Origin: Octopus bimaculoides
Taxonomy: Eukaryota
DNA: 33,808 nucleotides
Direction of reading: 5' to 3'
NCBI RefSeq assembly: GCF_001194135.2
Contig: NC_068986.1
Location: 36,689,755 to 36,723,562 of the forward strand
The stretch's first letter is position 1; each line of letters starts with the position of its first letter. The position numbers were made by a program, and so were the translations under genes. The notes under the pieces were generated by a model. The model did no database searches. It was not told the DNA's origin and saw nothing but the letters and a program-made list of their open reading frames with translations. This document shows, one piece after another, positions 1 through 11,830 of this stretch.

Positions 1-33
<33 letters not shown>
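1..33. repeat. (TA)n microsatellite, truncated by window start
   Basis: Pure TA run read directly. Confidence 0.97.
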
Positions 34-36
<3 letters not shown>

Positions 37-384
37 TTAACATTGATCTCCACTGACTAGCCGAGAGTAATTTTAACATTGCTGGAAATGTGGCATGTAG
101 TCTGCTAAATCGTCTGCGTTATAATATTACGCGAAGTTTATCTAAATAGCGAAGTAGAGGTGTTGCGCAAAGTAGATCATCGTAGAATTTTAAATCAGAA
201 AATTGTTTAAAATTAATATTATATTTCATAAATTCCATTATCGCTTCTTTCTGCTTATTAGTGCATTTTGTTGTATTAGATTACTTTAATTTACATAACG
301 TAAACTGTTCTGTGGAATGTGTATGTGATCGATTATATAGGTCATCAAACCGGACAACCAGAAAGGAAATTTATGAGATTTTAA

Positions 385-430
385 TGTGGTCGGCTAACTG
401 CTAGAAATAAGAACAAAAATCTCACTAAGA
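385..430 (+). mobile_element. Short fragment of interspersed repeat family D (SINE-like body)
   Basis: CTGCTAGAAATAAGAACAAAAATCTC resembles GGCTAGAAATTGCTGCTAAATATCT at ~11657 and reverse-complement copies at ~29790 and ~31030. Confidence 0.4.
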
Positions 431-639
431 TCGGCGAGGTAAACTTCCACAGATAGAAGAATGTAATTCCCAGTATGAAATGTTGGAAGGAAAAATATCG
501 GTAGCCATGGCTTGCTTGCTGAAATATCATTCTTCAAAGGTTCACTCACTTAGGACTGACATGACCCTAAACGTCAGTGGCAATGACAAATTCAGGCAGG
601 TCTTCCGTTTTTTTTTTTTTTTTTGGTCTCACTGCACAC

Positions 640-703
640 TGAGTTTGAATATTGCCGAGGTCAGTGTTGCATTTCGATCTTCCGAGAACTACTAGTCAAA
701 TGC
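640..703 (+). mobile_element. Degenerate internal fragment of SINE family A
   Basis: CTGAGTTTGAATATTGCCGAGGTCAGTGTTGCATTTCGATCTTCCGAG aligns to CTGAGTTCAAATTCCGCCGAGGTCGACTTTGCCTTTCATCCTTTCGGG of the copy at 1329. Confidence 0.55.
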
Positions 704-705
704 AC

Positions 706-708
706 TCT

Positions 709-758
<50 letters not shown>

Positions 759-792
759 TTCTACCTCCCTCTCTCTCTTTTTCTCCTCGTTC
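706..792. repeat. Imperfect (CT)n microsatellite
   Basis: Read directly; source of the SLSLSL/EREREK ORFs. Confidence 0.95.
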
Positions 793-799
793 TCGTTCT

Positions 800-1157
800 C
801 TCTCAACTCCTTTCTCTAGTACAAACTTTGTTGGTTTCTTTTGGCTAATCATTAAGTTACGGGGATATAAACACCAGTATCGGTTCTAAGGCGNNNNNNN
901 NNNNNNNNNNNNNNNNNNNNNNGGGGGGGGGAGGAGACAAACACAGACACAAAGACACACATACATACACACACACACACTCACACATACACACATATAT
1001 ATTTGACGGGCTTTTAGCTTCCGTATACGAAATCCTGTCACAACGATTTGATCTACTGCGGCTATAACAAAAGACACTTGGCAGAGGCACCACGCAGTGG
1101 GACTGAAGCCGGAGGCATGTGGTTGGGAAGCAAGCTTCTTACCATACAACCACGCCT
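800..1157 (-). mobile_element. tRNA-derived SINE family B, minus strand, interrupted by gap 894-922
   Basis: Reverse complement gives GGTTGTATGGTAAGAAGCTTGCTTCCCAACCACATGCCTCCGGCTTCAGTCCCACTGCGTGGTGCC..., matching the + copies at 2381 and 15365; internal (TG)n tract; A-box and B-box-like head. Confidence 0.85.
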
Positions 1158-1205
1158 CTACGTATATTATTATGTTAGCCGAACTCTACCAATGTGCTCT
1201 GAAAA

Positions 1206-1292
1206 AGAAGAAGAAGAAGAAGAACAACAACAACAACAACACAACAACAACAACAACAACAACAACAAGATGATCATGATGATGATGATGAT
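1206..1292. repeat. Compound trinucleotide microsatellite (GAA)n-(CAA)n-(GAT)n
   Basis: Read directly. Confidence 0.95.
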
Positions 1293-1328
1293 TGGGAAAT
1301 CAATATATTAATATTTCCAAAATGTTAA

Positions 1329-1759
1329 GGCGGCGAGCTGGCAGAAACGTTAGCACGCCGGGTGAAATGCTTAGCAGTATTTATTCTGTCTTTACGTTCT
1401 GAGTTCAAATTCCGCCGAGGTCGACTTTGCCTTTCATCCTTTCGGGGTCTATTAAATAAGTACCAGTTACGCATTGGAGTCGATATAATCGAATTAATCC
1501 GTTTGTCTGTCCTTGTTTGTCCCCGCCGAGTGTAACCCCTTGTGGGCAGTAAAGAAATAAGAAACCTTAGCACACCGGACTAAATGCTTAGCGGTATTTC
1601 GTCTGTCTTTACGTTCTGAGTTCAAATTCCGCCGAGGTCGACATTGCCTTTCATCCTTTCGGGTCAATAAATTAAGTATCAGTTGCGTACTGGGATCGAT
1701 CTAATCGACTGGCCCCCTCCCCAAAACATTTTGGGCCTTTTACCTAAAGTAGAAAGAAA
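1329..1759 (+). mobile_element. Dimeric tRNA-derived SINE, family A (monomers ~1329-1555 and ~1556-1759), with degenerate 17-bp TSD
   Basis: Two near-identical cores (AAATGCTTAGC.GTATTT..CTGTCTTTACGTTCTGAGTTCAAATTCCGCCGAGGTCGAC.TTGCCTTTCATCCTTTCGGG). A-box-like TGGCAGAAACG and B-box-like GTTCAAATTC. Flanks 1310-1326 AATATTTCCAAAATGTT and 1760-1776 AACATTTTCTAAATGTT match at 14/17. Confidence 0.9.
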
Positions 1760-2380
1760 AACATTTTCTAAATGTTTCCCTAATATTAAGGTTACGAATG
1801 CATATTTGTCTTTGGACAGTAAATATTTTACTAATTTTAATATTTCTTAAAACATTACTATCATAAATATGACTGTTTCATCCTTTTCTGGTTATTTCAT
1901 CCTCTCAGATAGGACAAATGCGTCATCCATAAATCAGAGTTTAGTCAGAACTTGTGTTCAAGCAACGTATACAGTTAAATGCAGGTTTAAAATCTTAACA
2001 TAATCAATTGTGGTAAGAAGAAAATCACATTAGCGTTAATAATTACATGAAGACGGCCTGTAGGGAGTGAGTCTACTCATCGGTACCAAAGTTGGCCTAA
2101 TTAGAATTATAACATTTGATTTAGTATTATGCTCTGTTTAAAGCCAAGTTTTATATAAGCCAGTATCTAAAAGCCATAGAGGTGAAAGAGGATGACCCGA
2201 AGGAATAAGTGATGTTCTATGGCGGCAATTAAAATATAAAGATTTCATACAGTGTATGTAACTTCCCCATAAATTAGAGGTTTGTGTAATTAAGTGTACC
2301 AGTTACGGCTTATATATTTATTCCATTGTTTATTGTATCATAAAATAGAAATTTTTAGGTTTTGGTAAATGAAATTTTAC

Positions 2381-2786
2381 AGGTTGTGTAGTAAGAAACT
2401 TGCTTCCCAACCACATAGTTCTGGGTTCAGTCTCACTGCATGGCACCTCGGGAGAGTGCCTTCCACTTTAGCCACAGACCGACCAAAGCCTTGTGAGTAG
2501 ATTTTGTTGACAGAAACTAAAAGAAGCCCGTCGTGTGTGTGTGTGTGGATGTGTGTGTGTGTGTTTGTGTGTGTGTGTTTGAGTGTCTGTGTTTGTCCCT
2601 TCCCCATCGCTTAACAACCGATGCTGACGTATTTAAGTCTATGTAACTTATCGGTTCGAAAAGAGACCGATAGAACAAGTACTATGCTTACAAAGAATAA
2701 GTCCTGGGGTCAATTTTTTCGATTACAAACGGTGCTCCAGTACGGCCGCAGTCAAATGACTGAAACAAGTAAAAGAATAGAAGAAT
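2381..2786 (+). mobile_element. Full-length tRNA-derived SINE family B
   Basis: Head GTAAGAAACTTGCTTCCCAACCACATAGTTCTGGGTTCAGTCTCACTGC, central (TG)n, tail CGGCCGCAGTCAAATGACTGAAACAAGTAAAAGAATA; several homologues within the window. Confidence 0.9.
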
Positions 2787-4709
2787 AATATTTTATATAT
2801 ATTCACAATTCAACATGGTTACGTTACCATTTGCGTTCACCGTAGCCCTTAATATTTTCGCTGCTGTTTTATCACCTCTCGATTCTTTATATCAGCCATT
2901 ATCAATTCTGAAATTGTTTCACGTAGCAGCCGTATTTAAATATAGATCAAGAATAAAACAAAGAACATTAAGATGCGTTATACGTCGCACAAAATTTGCA
3001 ATGTATCTTTGAATGTATGTTTGAATAACGAGTAAATATGTATGTCAAACCCAGCACATTAAGATCTTTTCTGTTTATCATTATGACTGATAAATAGATA
3101 CACTTAAACAAGAGCTATTTAAACACTTAAGTTTTTGCGTATTCAAAGTTTGTATATTCACTTAAAGCTTTTAATTTGTAATTTCCATTTACATAACATT
3201 AGTACAAGCTATAAAACTAACACTTTCTCCGTTGATACCAAAGAAAATTACTCTTTGGGTAGAAGGAAAATCACATTTGATGTAGACAATATGTTATTAC
3301 GGAAACGCATAAGTTTGAATCTTTTACATATTTACCAAATGCAGTTGACAGAAAAACAAAGAATGAAAAATGTCAAAATGTAACAAATGAACTAATTCAT
3401 TTTGAAAGCACTCCATGTTCTAAAGAAGTACGTGAGCTTCATTGCTAAGACACAATACCAAACTGGACACTATTGACGAATAATTTACAACTTCATGTAG
3501 TGTCTGAAAAGAAGAAACGGAAATTAAATCCATCAAGAATATTAAACTGTTGGAAGTGGTGAATTCTAGCTTTGGCTACATTTTGTTATTTACAAAAGTT
3601 TTCACAAAACACTTCCGGCTGCATTCCTTTATCAAAATAGAAATTTCAAATATGGCGTTAATTGTCCTATGAATAAAGCAATAGTGTTTCAAAAATTAAA
3701 GAACATTTTTTAAATCATTTTATTAATGACCTGAATTCGTGTTTCTTGAAGTAGTTTTATTGTGTTATTGAGCTATTTAATCAGTGAGATATTAAATTTA
3801 CTTCTAGATATTAAATTTAATTTTCTCTTCAAGTTAAAAACACCCAAAATATTAAATATTCTAATTTCATTCAACACGCAAATAAACATGTTCTTTGTGT
3901 TTCAATTTATGTCGCGGGTGTTACATAAAGTTTGTAAAATCCTAACTTTTCAGAGAAAGATATAATCGTGGTCTCTCATTACCTCTTGTCAGCTTATTTG
4001 TAGATTGCAGTACAAAACTCCTGCTTTCCTAAGATTGCTCTTGAAGCACACGACCAACTTGCGTTTGGTTCAATTGGCACCAGTACATGTCTACAAACAT
4101 GTGGGCTTCAATAGCTAATTATCAAGAGCCAGCCTTTGTCCAAAAAACTATGTTCTAGCCACACGATTACAGACGTATGGCGTAGGATTTTCTTTTATTT
4201 TCTGACCCGGGAATATTTCAATCGGTACTATGACTCCAGGCCGTAACAATCCTGAGAGAGAAATGGATTAGTAATCACTAAGGTATAACTCCATATTCCC
4301 TCAAAAACTTCTGAAATCGCGAGTTGACTTTTCATCACCCAGAAATACGTAGTTTTTCTCTACATATAGTTGTGTAATCTGGAGCGCCAATAAACAAGTA
4401 AAGATTTTATCAACACTCCAGAAATGTGGTTTCTTAGAAGAACACTGATGGCGTTTTATGCAGATAAAGTGACAAGCATCAGTATACTTAGACGATTGAA
4501 GACCTCTACAAATCTCAAAAGACAATGCAACAACTAGCTCACTTCATTGTCTTTACCTCCTAGTTGCAGAAACCTCGGTCCATTATCATGCTAAGATGGT
4601 GTGAGTGAAAGGCAGACATGGAACTTCTTGAAAGCTAACGCATGTACGCAAGTCACACGAAGAAGTAAATTGTCTTAGATCTATTTCTTTCCAATATTGC
4701 TTGTAATAT

Positions 4710-4924
4710 TGATTTTAAATTTTGGTTCAAGGCCAGTAACTTCCAGGGAGACGCTAAGTCAATAAATCGACCCCAGTGATCAACTGGTAGTTATATTATC
4801 GACTCCGAACGGATGAATGGTAAAGTCGACCCTGGCTGCATTTGAACCCAGAATATAAGGACAGACGAAATGCTGCTAAGCATTTTCCTGATGTGCTAAC
4901 GATTCTGCCAACTCGCCACCTTAT
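4710..4924 (-). mobile_element. Full-length SINE family A, minus strand, with 15-bp TSD
   Basis: Reverse complement begins GGTGGCGAGTTGGCAGAATCGTTAGCACATCAGGAAAATGCTTAGCAGCATTTCGTCTGTCC. Flanks 4695-4709 TATTGCTTGTAATAT and 4925-4939 TATTGCATCTAATAT match at 13/15. Confidence 0.88.
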
Positions 4925-5971
4925 TATTGCATCTAATATGAGCTCACGTTTGTATAAAATCATGCATGTAAGCATTTTGACATATAAATACTTTTGCTTT
5001 TTGTTAAGTCGCTACTACTACTTGTTGAATAAAATCGGAGATTTTTTTATAGCTGAATACTTAGATATTTTCCAAGTGAACTGCATGTTGTAAAATAATT
5101 AGTGCCATGAGATAAATCTTTTGGCAATAGTTTTCATATATAAGTAGATAACTACTTCACATTTCTGTGGTATTATTCTGTACAGTCTACATATTTAATG
5201 CCTTAAATAAAAAAATATCTCGCCTTACACAAGGGACATCTTAACTGTTATAACGGAATCGAAAGTAGCGTCTATTGTACACGCAACCTATGTATTAACT
5301 GTATGACAAATGACTGACAAACGGCGGGAGGAAGTCGACGACATCATAGACACAACTTTAGAATTAATAAAACGGATATAATCATCTGTAAGGCAACAAA
5401 TCTTGTCAAGTTATTTGTTTGTAGTTCCTTCAGATGCTATCGACTCTACCTAAGCATTTCTTTGAAGAATATGACATATTGATTTGAAGCAGTCTTGCTC
5501 TCCAAGGGTAAGTGGTTGTAGAACGTTTTCCATAAAATGGAGTGAATCACTGGTTATTTTCGCTTGTCTAAGTTCATGATAAATCAAATACTATCACAGA
5601 TTATATCTGAACCATGGTTGAAATGAAATTCACTGGATTTGGCAAAAAATGAGTCTACGCAGATTGGATAGAAGAACAATGAGTTAGATCTAGCAGATAG
5701 GGCCCGATATCCGCGAGGAGGCGCTGTGTACAATGAAACAATTATCTCCAAATGTACACATAAACCTCTTACTGCTTAGTATCAAAAAATTAAATTGTCT
5801 GCATTTGCATCGTTGAGGTGTTCGCACGAAAAATATTAGATGTATGACAATTGACTAATAGATTATACATATATCCTTTAAGTTCGTTTACGGGAAACGT
5901 TTTTGAGTATGTACATAAAAGTTCCTATGTTATGTCTGCTACAGCCTAGACAGAAATTCAAAGAAGCTGTT

Positions 5972-6240
5972 GTATGTGTGTGTTTGTACGTATCTGTGTG
6001 TGAGTGTATGTGTCTTTTTGTCTGTCTTTGTCTACCACTAGTGCTCGACAACCGGTGTTGCTGTTTTTTTAAGTGCCCGTGAATTAGGGGTTCGGCAATA
6101 GCGATCGAAAGAATAAGTACCAGATTTTACAATGTAAGTACTGAGGATAATTCGTTTAACTAAAATTCTTTAAAGTCGTGCCCCAGCATGGCCACCATGG
6201 CCGCTGTCTGATGACTGATATAGATAAAACGATAAAAAGA
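5972..6240 (+). mobile_element. 3' half of SINE family B (diverged)
   Basis: (TG)-rich start, then CGACAACCGGTGTTG...GGTTCGGCAA...GAATAAGTACC...GTGCCCCAGCATGGCC...ATGACTGA...AAAAGA, homologous to 2590-2786. Confidence 0.75.
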
Positions 6241-6834
6241 TGTATGTGTATGTATATTTATCAATATATGTATACATGTGTTGTCGATAGTATAATGTTG
6301 CTTATGAAACACAGATTGCGAAAAAGATCTCAGAAAATGGAATAAGCCTATATTTTCATCTCATCATAGACATCTACATGTAACTCTTCCTAAAGTGCAT
6401 TCATTTGACGAATGTGTCACAAGACGTAATGTTTACTCCAACGCTTGCACCGTTAGAACTCTTTGGTTGATCTTTCAAACATCTCCAGATTCAAATACGT
6501 CATGTACATTACAATTTCAAAAATAATTTATGCATATCACGTCTTTTTTTTAGTTGTTTTTTTTACTCCACTAATATTATGGTTCCCTCAGTAACCTAAG
6601 AACCTCCACGAACACCGTTAGTCATAATTATCATTTAATGATCAGTGGTCTTCCAGCCGAAGAAACCAATGACAACTGTTGATGGCTTCATTAGATATTT
6701 TGTCACAACTTGTATATTATCAAAGTTCAGAAATTAGATTTTGTGCATTTATGAGTCATTCCATTAATAAACGTTTCCACCGAGAGAAACGGAGTTGAAT
6801 CCAAATAGTTTCATACATAAACGTGTTTGTGAGT

Positions 6835-7250
6835 ATGTATTTATGTATGTATTTATGTATGTATTTATGTATGTATATACGTACGTAAGTATATATATNN
6901 NNNNNNNNNNNNNNNNNNNNNNNNNNNNNNNNNNNNNNNNNNNNNNNNNNNNNNNNNNNNNNNNNNNNNNNNNNNNNNNNNNNNNNNNNNNNNNNNNNNN
7001 NNNNNNNNNNNNNNNNNNNNNNNNNNNNNNNNNNNNNNNNNNNNNNNNNNNNNNNNNNNNNNNNNNNNNNNNNNNNNNNNNNNNNNNNNNNNNNNNNNNN
7101 NNNNNNNNNNNNNNNNNNNNNNTATATACATACATACATACATACATACATACGCATGCGCAGGTACATATATATGTGTGTGCGTTTGAATATATATTCA
7201 CACATATATATATATATTTCATATGTATACGTTTCATATATACATATATG

Positions 7251-7282
<32 letters not shown>

Positions 7283-7290
7283 TGTATGCA
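6835..7290. repeat. (TATG)n / gap / (CATA)n ... (TATG)n low-complexity tract
   Basis: Read directly; N-run 6899-7122. Confidence 0.9.
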
Positions 7291-8689
7291 TGTATCATTG
7301 CGTGTAGATTTATGTATGTATCTATGCGTCTGTAGCATTATATATCATATCTAATTATCTTCTTTTGATTCAGTTTTCCGTTTAATTATAATAAGTTTCG
7401 AGTAAAAACAATTTCTGAAGCTTTAAATATTTCTGTAAAACGTTTCTCGTAAAGTTTTGGTTGATGGACAGAAAAATCAGTTGGGTGATTTTGCCGTTGT
7501 TTCTGCTATAGAACAGATAAATTCTCCCGCGTTGAAATGCTAAAGACGGGAAGATAAGTTAATTGTGAGATTTAGCATTGATTATGTGATACCTGAACAT
7601 TCGGGTATTTAGGTTGTTATTTCTGAACGGCATACATGGTAACATTACATGGTAACATTACATGCATTATTGTTGTCTAGAATTTTTATTCGTATGAACA
7701 TGAACTTGGGCCCGATTCCACGGCATAACACGTCGAACATTGTTTTCCTATCATAATCTAGAATTGATCAAAAATCTGTGAGAGAAATTTAGTACACAAA
7801 ACTGCGTGGGTTGTAGGGAATGGTCCCGTTTATTAGTAGTATAGTGAATCCGCCTACTATCAACATCAGTTCGCCGTAGAATGTCCTTAACGGAGTATAT
7901 ACAGTTGCATGCAAGGCATCTCGTTCATTCGCACCAGCTTCATATGCCCAAGATACAATCCTGGAGCTGCCTCTCCTTTTCTTATGAAGTCATATAAATG
8001 ATAAACAGTACCGTAGATCAGAGTTGACTACTTTTACTTTTACTTTTACTTTTCATTAATTTTCTTAAAACAGAAACTGCATTGGTACATTTTGAAAACA
8101 TTTCTCTAGTTTTACTTTTCTGAAATTAAAACCTTAACGATGTTATTACTGATGAATATTTTTGCAGTTTTGTTTAACCATAAGTAAGACCTAATCGAAT
8201 ACACTCATTTCTAAAGACGTTCCAGACGTGACCAGCTCGTATTTTTTAAACACACCTATAACTATTTTATCGAATGTAACCTTATTTTTTAGGACTGTCG
8301 AGTTGTCATTTTGAGGAAGGTTTGGGTACTATTCCTAAACAACAAATAACCGGCTTGTGGATTCTGCATTTGTTTAGCGTAACTGAAGAGAGTTTTCAAC
8401 ATTGATTTTCCTATACCTAGATACTCGGAGGAAAAACAATGAAATTCTAAACTTCCGTTAACTCAGGACGGGTCGATCCAACTAACAGAAAAAAGTTCCT
8501 CTCTGTGTATATGTGGCATTCCATAGTTGTAGGTTATAATTGTTATATTGCCTATAGTTTCCAAATATCTCTCTGATTATAATTAGTCATTATAGATTGC
8601 TCATTTCTCGGCTGAATATGTATGTGTATTTGTCTGCAAGTAATCACAATTATGTATCTTCGAATATAGGTACATATGCATTCACTCAT

Positions 8690-8760
8690 GCATATATGTG
8701 TGTGTGTGTATGTATATATATATGTATGTATGTGCGTATGTATGTATATATATATATGCA
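8690..8760. repeat. (TG)n/(TA)n/(TATG)n compound microsatellite
   Basis: Read directly. Confidence 0.9.
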
Positions 8761-9764
8761 TATTTGTGAGCGTCCGCATATATACCGAAATATGATGAAA
8801 ATATTGCATGCGACATATCTTTATCATTTAGAATCTCCTATTAACTATATAAATATAGTTTACAAAATATTCTATAATTATTTGATTATAACGATTTCAG
8901 CAAATTAATATACCATTTCATTAAATAAATCCTGCAATTTCTATTGCTTTTATTCCCCATATAGTTTGATTGTGTATGGCTGCCACTTAATCTCTATACA
9001 TTCCTTATGATTATTTGATTTCTCTTTAACATAATATATAATTAGATTTAATTTGTACAAATCGGCTTAATGTTAATTATTGCCGTATAGCAAAATATTA
9101 TGTCCAAATCATTCACGTTTCCGCCGTCGATTTCATTTTTGCAAAGAAAGAAACTGCTGCCTCAGTTTCCCTCTCAAACTCATATATCCATTGTATCTTT
9201 ATGTATGTCGAAATTTCAATTATAATATCTAATATTTAAACAAAATACGAAAATTTCTTTCTTCCTGACAGTAATATTTTCCATCTCTAATTTGTTGTTT
9301 TCATAAAAAATAATCTTTTAAGTAGAGAGTAAAAGTGTTATGTTTTTAAGTGTTTAAGCATAATTTGTGACATAACCGATTGAACTTATATATAAACTCG
9401 CTAATATTGATGTGTTTCCGTGTTGAGACAATAGCACAAATATGTGGGGAAATATACGGTCAATTTAATCGATTTTATGAAATACCTGAACTAATAACAA
9501 GGCCCCTACAAGGACGCTTGCCTACTAGGAAGAGTAAGCAGCTTTCCTCGGATAATACATTACTGAATTCAAAACACAACGGCTCATTGAATAATGTATT
9601 TGTTAATAATGACAGGGATCATATTATGAAAAATATATTTCAGGGAATGGAGACAATGAAGGCCGACAGAGACGAATAAATGTATAACTGTCATTTATTT
9701 ATGGATTCATAGAAAAAGGTATGTGAAGTCATCTGCCTGCGGACAATTTCAACCATTTCACATT

Positions 9765-10310
9765 TTTAGTGCTTTTCGAACTCTTTGCTTCCTAAGTTGA
9801 AATACCACCTAGGTCGATGGAATAAAGTTCTAGCGAAGCATTGAGGTCGGTGTAATCGACTGACTCCTTCCCATGAATTGATGGCCTTTTACCAAAATTA
9901 AAAACCATTATAAAGTCAACGAGCTAGCAGAATTGTTAACACCTTGGACAATTTTGGCATTTCTTCCTGATTTACGTTCTGAGTCCAAATACTGCCTATG
10001 TCAAACTTAGCCACCTTTTTTTCCATTCGGACTCGGTAAAATAAAGTATCAGTCAAGTAGTAGGGTCGATGGTATTCACCTATTATTTCCCCTCAAATCT
10101 GGTAGATTTCTGTAAAAAATTGAAGCAATAATAAGGCGGAAAACCGAGAAAATCAAGCAGGTAAAAATGATTAGCGGCATTTCTTCAGGCTACGTTCTGA
10201 GTACAAATTCCGGCCTTGTTGACTTAACCTTTCATCTTTCGGGGTCGATAAAATGAGTACCAGTTGAACACTGCGATCGATATAATCAACTAACTCTATC
10301 ATTTCCCTTT
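9765..10310 (+). mobile_element. Three head-to-tail diverged SINE family A copies (~9765-9910, ~9912-10130, ~10132-10310)
   Basis: Each carries a version of TTCTGAGT.CAAAT...GTC.A...TTTC....TTCGG..TCG.TAAAAT.AGTA.CAG...GTCGAT; the second and third have recognisable heads (ACGAGCTAGCAGAATTGTTA; AAGGCGGAAAACCGAG). Confidence 0.75.
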
Positions 10311-10897
10311 TGTCAAGCCTACTATAAGTCATTATGGTACACAAATTGTATGGAGTTGTATGTGTGTTGCTGAATATTTTTGTAGATGTTGGACAAAGAT
10401 GGAAGTTATTCTTTTCTTAATTTTCTTGTATAGTTCTTTATTCTGTTCAGTAACGGTCAAAGAGTATCTGTTTCCTTCCACAACAAAAATACAACTTGTG
10501 CGCAATCTATGTAATTTGTTAAATGCTATCTAGTTTTTAACAATAAACGGTAATAAACATATTGTGTGTCGCAGTGAGATCAAACAATGCTTTTTCTATA
10601 ATTTTCCATTCTTGATGACCATCATCTAAATATTGAGTGAGATTAAACCTTTGTCCGTAGCTGACTTTCAAACGTAAGAGAAGACACTTTGCTTTCGCAC
10701 AAATATTTCATTATTAGAAATTCTCTTTTGAAAATTTGATCAACATGATTTTCTGCAGAATGATTTTCAATTTGTATTTTTCTTCTATAAATAAGAAAGT
10801 TAAAACTTTGGCGCGTTTTCTTATTGCCCCAAATTTAAGTAAATAAACATAATACACTTATTTACTACTATTTAATACTAAATTAATTTAAATAAAA

Positions 10898-10920
10898 CGC
10901 ACAACGCACACACACCCACA

Positions 10921-10987
<67 letters not shown>

Positions 10988-11035
10988 GCACACATAGACA
11001 GACAGACAGACAGACAAACAAACAGACAGACAGAC

Positions 11036-11081
<46 letters not shown>

Positions 11082-11112
11082 GGAGAGTAAGAGAGGGAAG
11101 AGAGAGAGAGAG
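10898..11112. repeat. Compound microsatellite (CA)n-(GACA)n-(GATA)n-(GA)n
   Basis: Read directly. Confidence 0.96.
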
Positions 11113-11619
11113 AAAACTGAAGAATGTGGCTTATGTATGGCCCGAAAGAAAACTTAAAAGTCTATTATTTCATATTCCTCATGTTTTATGCCTTACATCA
11201 TTGTCAGCTAGTGCACAGACGTTTCGAGGTAAAAGCATGTAGTGGGCGGTGCATTGGACATCAGTTGGTCATAATCCGGCTGCACTGGTGGAGAATTCAG
11301 CCGACTAAATTTTTTAAACATTTATGGCGTCTTTTATTTTGTAACTTGAATAAACACAAGTAAATTATTGATTTGCCACCCATAGACAAAATTGTTTCAG
11401 GCAATATTCGTCTGTTATAAAAGGCCAGAAATTTAATATCTAATCACGTAATTATTACTTTTTTCAAATACTAAAAGTAGTTTCTTACGAGATAGCTCTA
11501 CTTTTCCTTGCGACTATATGATAAAATTGTGCGAGCAACAGAATCATAGTCAATCGCTATCAAGCCAAATGTGCAAATTTCGGCCATTTTCTCTCCCGAT
11601 AACAACAAATTCCATCCAC

Positions 11620-11830
11620 GAACCAACATGAGACTCCCTACACTGTAGCATAACAGGCTAGAAATTGCTGCTAAATATCTACCAAATTACAATTTGGAGC
11701 TTCAAAAATGTGATAAAAATGTGATAAATTGGATAATGCAACGGGAAATATATTCAATAACAAGGTAGTCTTGGCTCATTGAGCATAGGTCTGCGGGGTG
11801 AAGGCTGACTTGGGACTACACACCAGCAGA
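11620..11830 (+). mobile_element. Degenerate interspersed repeat family D
   Basis: Shares GCTAGAAAT..C.GC.AAAT and GGATAATG motifs with fragments at 385-430, 29640-29820 and 30985-31070. Confidence 0.45.

Noticed and set aside
1329-1420. tRNA genes at A-box/B-box-like motifs (also 2381, 15365, 19051)
   Set aside because: No cloverleaf could be folded; the motifs are heads of multi-copy SINEs.
7790-8000. ~70-codon open minus-strand frame (…SWAYEAGANERDALHATVY…)
   Set aside because: No start, no clear splice boundaries and no family I can recognise; would need BLASTX.
9380-9679. 99-aa ORF (…QICGEIYGQFNRFYEIPEL…) as a gene
   Set aside because: Non-ATG start, no recognisable motif, no supporting exon structure; length is compatible with chance.
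9765-10310. CRISPR-like repeat-spacer array
   Set aside because: Units are ~150-220 bp diverged SINE copies in eukaryotic DNA; no short identical repeats and no cas genes.
11217-11270. Minus-strand CTGATGT...GAAACGTC as a third hammerhead
   Set aside because: Core A9 is missing, there is no stem II partner for CCTC, and stem I does not pair.
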